Positions 14,901 through 26,900 of a DNA stretch of 64,000 bases are shown piece by piece (position 1 is the stretch's first letter; each line of letters starts with the position of its first letter). The notes beneath the pieces were generated by a model, which saw only the letters and a list, made by a program, of their open reading frames with translations, made no database searches and was not told where the DNA came from. The translations under genes were made by a program, and so were the position numbers. Origin of the DNA: Pecten maximus (lineage: Eukaryota); contig NC_047016.1 of the NCBI RefSeq assembly GCF_902652985.1, positions 48,298,001 to 48,362,000 of the forward strand, read 5' to 3'.

Positions 14901-17900
14901 TCTTTCTGAATTTCCAGTATTTACATGTGGAAACGCCCATGAAACAGTAGAACATTTTTTCTTAACTTGTAGTAAATATGAGGAACCCCGAAGAATACTA
15001 AGAGAAAAATTATTCAATTTAAATCATAATCATTATAATTTAAATATATTTTTGTCTGGCTGTGAAACTTGTAATAAACTAACTAACTTAAATATATTTG
15101 ATAATGTCATTGAGTTCGTTAGAGCCACCAATAGATTTTTACTATAGATTATACCCCATTATTGTTCTGCGATCTGCAATTTCTTTCTTTCCTTATTAAG
15201 CCCTATATATGGTCACCTACCCCTCCCCCCTTTTTCTGATTGGCATGAAATTTGTAATACTTAACATATTATAATAATATATTCCAAGTATTACATATGA
15301 AATATTACATAGCTCTGAATCAAATCAATTGATTATGAAATAAGTAAGGACAATATCAGTCCACTAATACCATTCTACTAAATTTCTTTTCTTCCATATT
15401 CTACAATATATTTGTCCATGACTGAATATAGTATCCATGACTTAATCCAAAAACTCATGGGTGGATGACCAATGGCTAGTAAGCCAGTATGGACTTTTTA
15501 GGTCTGTATCCCATAGGTGGATGGATTATGTCTTGGATAATGTATTCTAAATCCTCCAAAATTTATACAAATTGAAAATACATTTAAGACAAGCCAACTT
15601 TTATTAATAATAATCATAGAATTGTCCTTACTACTCAAATTACATATTCATACCATATTATATTATATATGTACTAAGTAATATCTTTATTGCATTGGAA
15701 TTACTTAATTCTATTAAATTAGCAATTTTATATAATTATATATGTATATACACTTTGTTACAAGGAGATAACTTATATAGGCATATTCCTGTTGTTAAAT
15801 CCTTTTCTTTATTGAATAAAATTTTGTGAAATTGAAAAAAAAAAAAAAATTGTAGAAACCAACAGCACCACGTTATATTGCCTGAACACTTTACTTTCTT
15901 TAAATCCTAGAGAGAAGAATGTTTATCCTTAATTATTCGGTACTGGCAACTAGTCAATTACAATTCTGTTACCTCAGATTCCCAGTAACTTGATTGGTTG
16001 TTGAAGCCAAAGGAGGACATCTCTTGGTCTGATGTCATTCCATTGTCTCCCGGCATGGCATTGTCTGCAGGATGTAGGCGACTATATTCAGAGTTTCTCA
16101 TTTCCTCGTTCATATTTTCCCACTGTTCAGCAGTTGTATCTTCGCTAGGCTTATGTGTTGAAGACGTGCGAAATGCACTTGAATTGACATCTTCCTGTAT
16201 ATAAAGTTGGTGTATAATTTAAAAATCTAATTTTAGTTCTAAAAATGGTAGATGATACAATAACTTAACGCTCAACATGCTAGAAGTGGGGTGACTAGAT
16301 CACCTGTTGTCAGTTTAATGAGACTGGGTGTGGTGTTCTGCTTTGTGCCTTAGGGAATATATTTCAGTGATGTAGCACTATAAACTCGGAATCAGTTCCG
16401 CGCTATTATAAGGAGGGAAGGATGGAAACATCGACTTACTATAGCCTCCCAAAACACCCGCTCACCACACATGCATATTACACACAGGGGAGGTCGTCCT
16501 TAAAAACCATAGCTGTTCATTTAAGCATTGATGTCATTTTTTTTAGTTTCATCGGGGTATGAAACAAATTTTGTTTGCAAATTGTATGAATCCGCGTAGC
16601 GGATTCTTACAGAAGTTTGCAAACAAAATTTGTTTCATACCCCGATGAAACTAAAAAAAGACATCAACGCTTATAATTAATTTTTGAAAATGATTTTCTA
16701 ATTTAAAACATGTTTCATGTACAATTTTACTGGTTTTAAATGGGATTCTTTTTCTCAAATCAATACGCAACGTCAATTGTCGTATTGTGACGTCACATTT
16801 TTCGCGCCATTCTCGGAATTTCTTTCATAGTAGAATGAAAAGAATTTTTCGACCAAACACATTTGAGTATTTACCATGAGAACAAAGAAAAATTAATTAT
16901 AGAACGTTAAACAGTACATACATCCAAACCTGGATTACAAAGCGAAGTAAAGCCTCAAAAGATACACACATTGGTAAGCAGTTCATTGTGAATGAAAGAT
17001 TATCAAAATGTTATATACCTTATTATTATTATCAAAGTCTATGCGCATTATTGACGTAAAACATTTGTAGATGATTAGAAACCATTTAATAAAGCCGCCA
17101 GACCAGGTCAATTATCATTAAAACAATTTTAACCCTTTGAGGGAATGTTCATATGTTGAGTAATTCAAAATCCTTATATAGTTCGATATTCCATTATCTC
17201 ATGACATTTTTACTAGTTGTGCGGTCTGATATTGAGAAGAAACACGTACACTATCAACAGTGGGGAGGTCAAAGTCATACGCTGCACAACGATTTCGGCA
17301 TTTGTTCCTATATAAAACAATAGTATAGAATAAATTTAGCACTTGAAGATAGTTATTTACTATAAATGAACATGACATTAGATGTTAGATATATAAAAAA
17401 AGAGATATGAAAATAATAACTGAATATCCTTCCCATTAAATATGAAATTAATATGATGATGCTACTTTATCCCGGTGTAAATATTAAAGATGTTAAATCT
17501 CCGATAAAGAGTAATGATGATCGATTGAAAACAAAGAATGGGCTGTTATATATTTGCATACCATACCGAAAGTTACATACATTGCCGCCATTCAAATGTT
17601 GGAGCTTCTCTTTTCATCTGTTTCATAGACATATATCTCTATACCGTGGGTATCAATTTGAGCAATTTTGGAACAAGAAGTGTATAAACTGTCAGCGATT
17701 TAATATCGATCACCGGTATTGTTCTTTTAAATAAATATAAATATAACTTACCGTTTGCAAACTACTGCGACCAGTATCGATAGTGGCAGCGCGAAAAGCG
17801 CGAAAAGTGCGTAAAGGTAGTCTGAAATTCAAGGAATTACAGTGTTGTGTATGTAGAGGTAGCAGTCCATCTAAATGAGGAAATGTGATTTTGAATGTCT

Positions 17901-20900
17901 AGTTGAATAACATGGCAACATCATAGATAATTGTTATCAATCAAATCAACAAAAATGGCAATTTCTCGTGATTCAGAGGGTCTTTATCGCTCACCTGGTT
18001 TCATGAAATATGAAACAAGAATGATGCTGAAGTATGATTTGTCGCCTGTCTTGCTATGTCAATATATCATACGCATTTTATATGGCTACATGAACATTGA
18101 TTTTATTGTAATTCTAAAAATGTAAGGTTTTTATGCCAAAAAGTGCATTGATCAATGAAATAGAATTTACTTTCGGCCCAACCCCATAGGCATGCTACCA
18201 CACACATATGAGCGGTATCCATTGCTTAGTTTCAGAGAAGAAATTGTTTATATCAATTTAGCCAAATTTACCCCTGTTGGCCGCGCCCTTCAGCCCTCTC
18301 ACCCCTTTATTTGTACAATTTTGAAAGCCTATCCAAAGGGGATGCTACCAGTCAAATATGATCGACATCCATCGCTTAGTTTTAGAAACAAAGTCGTTCA
18401 TATCAATTTAGCCAATTCAACCCCTTTTGGCCCCGCCCCTCATCCCCCGGAGGGTCAGTCCCACCATTTGTACAATTTTGAATCTCCTCCGTATAACAAG
18501 GCTACTAGTCAAATTTTGTTGAATTCTGACTAGTGGTTATGAAGAAGTCAACTGTCAATTGGACGGACGGACCAAGTAAGCTAATATAAATGAGATATCG
18601 ACATAAGAATTGGTAATGTACGTTAAAATGTAAATAAGACCAAAACGTACCTTTTTTCTCGATAGAATGTGAGGTAAAAATATTTCTCCATCCTGTAGGA
18701 AATATCATTTCAATGGATTTTAAAAGTAGAACACTGGGAATGCATTTATACGTATTGTATACATATCTAACAAAAATAAGTAATTCAAACATAAGTATAT
18801 GTTAATAACTTACTGGTATTACCATTATATAACTAGAGCATAGATTGCCTGGTCAATACTAGGACTGCCTTCTCAATGTAATATTTACAAAAGATATAGA
18901 AAATGAGTTTTACCTATTTACACCTCAGAATTAATATACCAGAAAGGATTTTTGACAGTAGTTAATACTTGGGAGCAACAATGATAATGTCAAGAAAAGT
19001 AATGGACACCCTATGGAACAAATGGAACAATCAAAATTCGTAGGTGTTCTCTAAAAGAACAACATCCATTATTGGCTGCATCTCCAACGGAGGAGTGCCA
19101 GTTTTGACTAGTCTACATTCCTCGGTATTAAGAATATTTTCAATGAAAGATTTTTTTTTATCATTTTTCTAAAGTATTTCATATTAAAATAGACGGGGAG
19201 TAAAAATGAGTCACAATGACTTCTGTTTTCAGTTTTTGGCATTCGTTTCATCTTATCTTTCAAAGTTTAAAAATTCTTTTGAAAATTGCATGACATTTCA
19301 CAAATATATCTATAATTTAACACCCCACCCTCCAGGCCGACTACCCGTGACAAATTTCTATAAAAAAAAAATCGAATGCTTTGAGTATCATACCATATGC
19401 AGATGACATTAAAATATACTTATCACAGTGGGGCCGCATAACGGCCTAAATTGGTACTCCTCTACTTGACCAAAGATACAATATAGATAATTACCGTATG
19501 GTAATGTACATGTCTCCCATCGGATGCCTCCTCTAGATACAGGTGATGCAATTGAGGCGCCAAAGACCCACGAATGATCCATTCGGGCTAGTTTCGCGAT
19601 CACAATCTTCATTTGTGTTTCCTTGGAGTAAGCAAAATCGTAATTGGCCTGTTGGTTAAAGCATATAAACTCATAAACGTAAACGAAGCTCAGATTTCAA
19701 TAGATTTCAAAATTTATTGTGAGGTACGCCCACATACATGGATTCATTGACTGAACGCACATTGTAATTGTCAAGTACAATACAAGAAAATTTTATGAAA
19801 TCGATTCAAATGTCTTAGCAGAATAACGATTATTTTTTAATTGTATTGACTATCATGCATTTAAATAAAATGATGTCAACAATGTTTACTGAGGTCATTT
19901 ATCTTAAAGTTGGTTTGATAATTAGTAACTGACATGTTTAAATGCCATGTCGAAAGAACCACACACAACTGGTATTTTGAGATCATATCATATTTTGAAA
20001 ATGAATGGATCCTGGCTAACAATATCATAACCATTCGTTAATCGCCAACTACACTGAATTACAAACCATACGTACTGTGCAGTCGACAACTCCTCGATCT
20101 TTGCAATCGTAGTCACGTGCGGTTACCTGGCACCAGTGATAGATGTATGTGATGGTTTTGTTTAACGAAGTCAGGTGTTGGATTGTAACCAGGAATTGAT
20201 GATGATCAGGGAATTCGGAAACAGTCACACTTTCGACACTTAATGAATCTGCATTAAAACATCTGTATCTTTAGTTGATGCCAGAGTAATTGATATTCTC
20301 ATGTTCATAGCATTTTCCCCGCTTTTTGCTATCTGATAACCTATTTTACCGAGTCAAACAGATATCGCCTTACAAATACATATGATATTCATCTTTCCAA
20401 CAAAAGGCTAAATTACCACCAACGAATCGGAAAATTAAGTGGCATATTAATGAGATTTAAAACATAAAAGTGACTTATTCAAACAATATTTAGTCGACCA
20501 ACTTTTTCTTAGATATATGTTTTTTCTTCATAAACATAGGTTTGAGCTGTCATTGTTTTGGCAGATTATTAAACAATGGCTTAAGAGAAGAGACCTGAAA
20601 GATATATATGAGAAATGTGATCAATTATATTGGGTTGAAACACTTTTTCTAACTAATTCAAAATTCTATTTTAGAGAAAGCGTTGTTTTTGGTCAGTACC
20701 CGTTTTCTCCTGATGCATACTTTGATGGTCGTCTTTCTTTCTAAATGTCTTATCATGAAGAATACTGAATAATCATCTTTCTTTTTATTATATTGTAGTC
20801 TTATATTGAATATGTGCTTAATCATTGTGCTAACTTTGCAATTACTGTATTATGATTGTTAAGTTGGCTTAATACCATTACCTTTTCCTGTGGGTTTTAT

Positions 20901-23900
20901 ATCAAGGTTTAAATGAAGGCTAGCACGTGACTTTCCAACAACAGTCAGTGACGATATGTCCGCATATAAGCCCATGGTATCGCCTTGTATATTCTCTATA
21001 ATAAGGGTTGATTTTACTGGATACGTCTTTGTCAGAAGTGCCAAGCTGGTATTTGATGATGAAAACAGCTGGAGCTCATATCCTTTCAGTATACCGTTGA
21101 TTGTATCCGGAGCAGGAGGCTGGAAGGGTTGAAATACCGCGCATAGAAATATATAATTTATTTCATGTCCGTCATGAACGTCAAGTACGTTTGTGTAAGA
21201 TGGTATGTTTCTTATATTTCATATTTCGAAATATTTCTATCAAAACAATAGAGAGTATACAGAGACTACACTGGATAACTAAAGATGTGTATTACTTACA
21301 CCATTCGACCAAATTTATATAAAATTGATATTGGGCTGATGAGTTATGGACCATTACACAAAAACATGTATACTGTATAGTGAGCATGTCATCACGGCTA
21401 CACAAGGCTCCACAAACAAACATGCATGCACGTCAATATGGTATATGTTATTCCTGCTTCGTGTTCATTGAAATTGGGGGGCCGCAGTGGCCGAGTGGTT
21501 AATGTGTCCCGACACTTTATCACTAGCCCTCCACCTCTGGGTTGCGAGTTCGAAACCTACGTGGGGCAGTTGCCAGGTACTGACTGTAGGCCGGTGGTTT
21601 TTCTCCGGGTACTCCGGCTTTCCTCCACCTCCAAAGCCTGGCACGTCTTTAAATGACCCTGGCTGTTAATAGGACGTTAAACAAAAACAAACCAAGCAAA
21701 ACAAAAATCATTGAAATTGGTTCACGTGTCAACAAAGTGTAGATCCATCTTATCATGGGTCTTCTTTTGATTACCATGGCAACCAAATGACGTCTAATGT
21801 CTTGGATGGAAAAAATTGTCATTGTGATTACCATTCGTAAAATCCCTTACATAAAATGAAAATCAGACAATGTATCTTTTTTGACAGATCAGAAACCTCC
21901 ATTATGCTTCCATACTAACGGATCCACATAAACCTTATGTGTCATCGTTAAGCTACACCACTTGACCTAGTTTAGATAACTGATGTAAGGATTGATGAGC
22001 TATATGCCATTATACTGATCTTTCCATCGCATCTTTAATATACTTACCTATGTGTTCACAGGAAATATTTTAGCTAAATTACATGTGAAAATGATTTCAA
22101 ATATGACTGAACCTACCTTGATATATATCGCTACGGTACAAGTTTGGTTTTTGCTCAGGTACATGGAGTATGATGTCGGAGTTCCTTGGGGTCCATACAT
22201 TGGAACTGACGATGAAATATGTTTATTCATGAAAATTGATAGAAATGGCATTATGCGTAACGGCAAATATACAAATGAAGATTGGGTGAAGAGAAGATTT
22301 ATTATAATTGAAAGGTTTAGTAGCAAGGCAAACAAATGGTTGGTAATGTAGTTCATATTACCGTCCTGCTTTGTTGAAAACTTTGCCGTACTACTTCGAG
22401 ACCAATATCTGCTTTCGGTAAAGCGACACAAGACTTGAATCATGTAGTTTTGGAAAGGCTTCAAAGGCTCTACCACATACTGTACATATTTGCTATTTTT
22501 CCAGAGCTGGAAAATTAATGAAAATCGATAATATTCATATGTATATAAATACAAGTATTCACGTTATTTTAAATTGCAACGTTGACGGAGAACAGGCAAA
22601 TACAACGAGTGAGCATATCGCTAGATGCATGGTTTGTCTCGTAAAAGTGTATTTGAATTTACAATTACGATCAAAATCTAGTTACACGACTAACAAAAGC
22701 ATATTCGCAATCTTCAAATTTACAGTAAATATATCGAAACAACACTATATTTGATAAAAATATTAACATTTCAAGGTGTCATCTTTCTTTCGGGACACCC
22801 GTTACATCAAGAATGTAACAAATTAGGTTTAAATGAACAGTTTATTATTCTAAATTGACTGTATTCATCTCTTAAAGTTTTGAAATGTGCTCATCTGTGA
22901 TAGTGTTGTTTTTAATGCGTTGATGTGTGCTCGTGTTTCTTTCGTATTGAAAAGTATTGTATGTCTTAGTTATTTCAAAGTCTTGTTGTGTGTCTTTCAT
23001 ATGGAAAAATACTGCTGTGTGCCTTTTATATTGAAAAGTTCTGTTTGTCTTTTATATTGAAAAGTGTTGTGTGTCTTTTATATTGAAAAGTGTTGTGTGT
23101 CTTTTATATTGAAAAGTATTGTGTGCCTTTTATATTGAAAAGTAGTGTGTGCCTTTTATATTGAAAAGTGTTGTATGTCTTTTATATTGAAAAGTGTTGT
23201 GTGTCTTTTATATTGAAAAGTGTTGTATGTCTTTTATATTGAAAAGTGTTGTGTGTCTTTTATATTGAAAAGTGTTGCTGAGCCTTTTATATTGAAAAGT
23301 GCTGTGTGTCTTTTATATTGAAAAGTGTTGCTGTGCCTTTTATATTGAAAAGTGCTGTGTGTCTTTTATATTGAAAAGTGTTGTGTGTCTTTTATATTGA
23401 AAAGTGCTGTATGTCTTTTATATTGAAAAGTGTTGTATGTCTTTTATATTTGTATTGAAAGGTGTTGTTGTGTGTCTTTTGTATTAAATGTTTTGCTATG
23501 TGTCTTTTTTATAGAATGGTGTTGCTGTGTCTTTTGTATTTGTATTAAAATGTGTTGTTGTTTTTTATGTGTCTTTTGTATGGAAAAGTATTGTGTTGTA
23601 CGTATGTGTCTTTTGTATTGAAAAGTGTAGATGTGTGCTTGTGTGTTGTTGTACAATCAAAATACTAGACATATATATCAAGATGTCTCGCTTTTTACAC
23701 GACATCAGTATCCGACGTCTGTATAAAACATATATACCTCTGTCACACTTTGTGACGTGTTGTATGTGATATTGCAGGATATTCCTGCTTTGTAGTATGC
23801 AGGGTTATTTGGGAAATACCAAGTCAGTGTTGCTGTGGTAGATGTAGTCGATTTAACTGTGAATCTCCGTAATGGCCCCAATTGCTCTGGAAAAGAACAA

Positions 23901-26900
23901 CAGAAGGTCATAACAAGGTGCATGCATCTAAGGTCTCTGAATAGCTTAGCATTGTATCTTCATCTTGAATAGTAGGATCTTATGAAATATAAAAGCAATT
24001 AATTAGTTATTTATCTATAAGTTGATAATAATTTTTTTTTTTCTTTACACATTTTACCAGTCTTTAAGAATAGCTAAGACAGGAATATTAGCGCAGAGGG
24101 TCATAGTTGCCTAACATTGTTCAAATTAAGGTAGATATCGTTCCACATGGCGTGGTAGATATCGGCTGAGGCAAATTACCATAAAAGCCATAAATACCAG
24201 TCATGGCGTGGTAGATATTGGCCAAGGTGAATTACCATAGAAATCATACCAGTCAGGGCGTGGTGGTAGATATTGGTTCAGGCAAGTAACCATAGAAACC
24301 ATATCGGTCAGGGCTTGGTAGATATTGGCTTAGATGAATTATCATAGAAGCCATACATACCATTCAGGGCGTGGTGGATATTGGCTCAGGCAAGTAACAA
24401 TAGAAACCATACAGGTCAGGTCGTAGTGGTAGATATTGGCTCAGGCAAGTAACCATAGAAACCATATCGGTCAGGGCGTGGTAGATATTAGCTCATGCAA
24501 GTAACCATAGAAACCATACCGATCAGTGCGTGGTAGATATTGGCTCAGGTGAATTACCATAGAAATCATACCAGTCAGGGCGTGGTAGATATTGGCTCAG
24601 GCGAATAATTATATAAACACCGGTCAGAGCGTGGTTGATTTTTTCAAAAGTGTATATTTACATTCATCGTTAAGGGCGTGGTGAATATCTGCCTAGATTA
24701 ATAACTATAGATACCTATCAGGGCGTGATAGATATGGTTCCAGCCATATATCTTAATATGATATATATATTGGGTTAGACCACATGAACTTGGCATGGCT
24801 TCCGAATACATGGTCCACGTAAATGCATTGTGTGTCATATACTATATATACATGGTGATCAGACATAAAATTACAGCCATCGGATATGTCAAGAGAGATA
24901 TCTGATAGGAATGGTGGTAAAACCTGTTTACTTCCCCATATACTGTTGATAAAAAGAAGTAAATACTTGAATCTTATCTAAAAAAAACAAATCACAAAAT
25001 TAACATTTTATGTAGATGACACGACCTACCAATAGTGATATTTGTGGTGATGTTGTAATCGAAAGAGGATGTACCATAGGGACTTCTTCCCTCAATATGT
25101 ATTGTGTATCGTTCATCTCTTATAGCATCTGCAAGTAGGCAAGTCGTCTGGATCTCCTTCTCATGAATGTCCTGACACTTTCTCGTTAGCTGTGGATGTA
25201 TAAGTAGTTAGATACTAGTAATGTCTGTAATAGGAAGAAGTGTAAAATAGCCTTCCGGTCTTGGGGCCTCTCTCGTACATCCTACCACTGAGCAATAAGA
25301 GAATTCCCCATTATTTAAGCTAGTACACTTCTCATTCTTTCACAAAGTCTTCGCTCCAGATGACAACCACAACCAAGGTTCCTTGGCTCCATGAAAGCCA
25401 CTCTCAGTCTCTTATAACTTAAACTTGCATTGGTCAACGGCACTAAATCTGTTATGGTGTAAAGACACATGAAAATCATTCTTCAGCAATTATGTCTAAA
25501 TAATATATATCTTGTTATCTTATTGAGATTTGAATGTAAAAAGGTGACATATCTTTAAACAGGAGCTACTTACAAATCTGTAACTATTGTCTTCGTCATT
25601 GAAGTCGACACAATGTTGTGATTTCCTTACACTGTTCGTACAGGTACAGCTGTAGGATGCAAGTTTAATTATCGTTAAATTCAATGAATTTATTTAATCA
25701 TCTGAGGGTTTCTAGCCTTGATACGACAGGAAGAAATATTTTCCTAGAAAAAATATTCACTATGATTACTATAACAGTGATAGGTCTAATCAGCAAAGGT
25801 GAAGATAGTACTAATAATTTTTTAACCTTGCGTAAATATTGATTCCTATAATCTTATCAAAGTTGATAAACCTATTCCTAGATTCGAATATATGTTTTCC
25901 TTATAAAATGTTTAACTTTATAAAATGTTAGCATGCGACTAATCCTGTTGGAATTGTTTATACACTGCATTAGATGATAATCGAGAGAATTGAAATGTAT
26001 TGGTACAAACCGTGAAGGATCTTCTTCCTCCGCTGACATGCGGTATTGCAGTGTCCATTCCACGCATGAATCATACATGGAAAAATAACATTGTACACCG
26101 CCATTGCTGATGATACAGTGGAAGTACAGTGGATCGGGAGGTACATCTATATAAACAGGCAAATCAATTGTGTCAATGTACTTTCATCACGGTCATTATC
26201 GGTATACTGTGAACATATATGTTTTAGAGAGTTTCATATTTTAGCGTGTTTACTGCATTTGCATTAGCTCATACGGGCTTCAATAAATGAACTTTTTGTT
26301 ACAGAAAACCAGCAAGGAGGAAATTTATCTCACTGTGTTAGCATCTGAATTATCACAATACCAGTATATAAAAACCAACAAAAATTAACCAAATTAATGC
26401 AGTTTGGTAATATTTACGGAAAAATTAATTTAGCTATTTTCGCTTCCAATGATACCGTGAAATAGGATCTCTGTGAATATAACTTGTATTATCAATTTGT
26501 CTTTTTTATTCACATACAAGAAGAAAGTGCCAACATGACCACGAAATACCGAAAATGAATCCCCGCGAACTACTATCGACTTGGTCAGACGCAAAATATT
26601 AACCCCAGCGAAATCAAATAACTATACTTTACAATATATACACAAATACTAGGCCGATATATTGAGTTTAATCTCTTACATACCAACAAATAAATTATTC
26701 AGCGAAAGGACAATAACAAAAAATACCAAACAAATACTGATGGATAGAACAGAGGAAACATGTCTCATGAATATATTTATTGTTTCTAAACTTATTTTCA
26801 GCTTCAATTAATAAGCAAGACTGTAAACCAACTTATTTTCGCGTGCCTTAAAAAAAATCACGTATTTCGCGTGCGATTGAAATCCGCGAAATAGTTTCAA

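Noticed and set aside
15436-15475. SECIS-like ATGA..AAAA..GA in the LINE UTR
   Set aside because: Helix II is too short, and there is no selenoprotein ORF on that strand.
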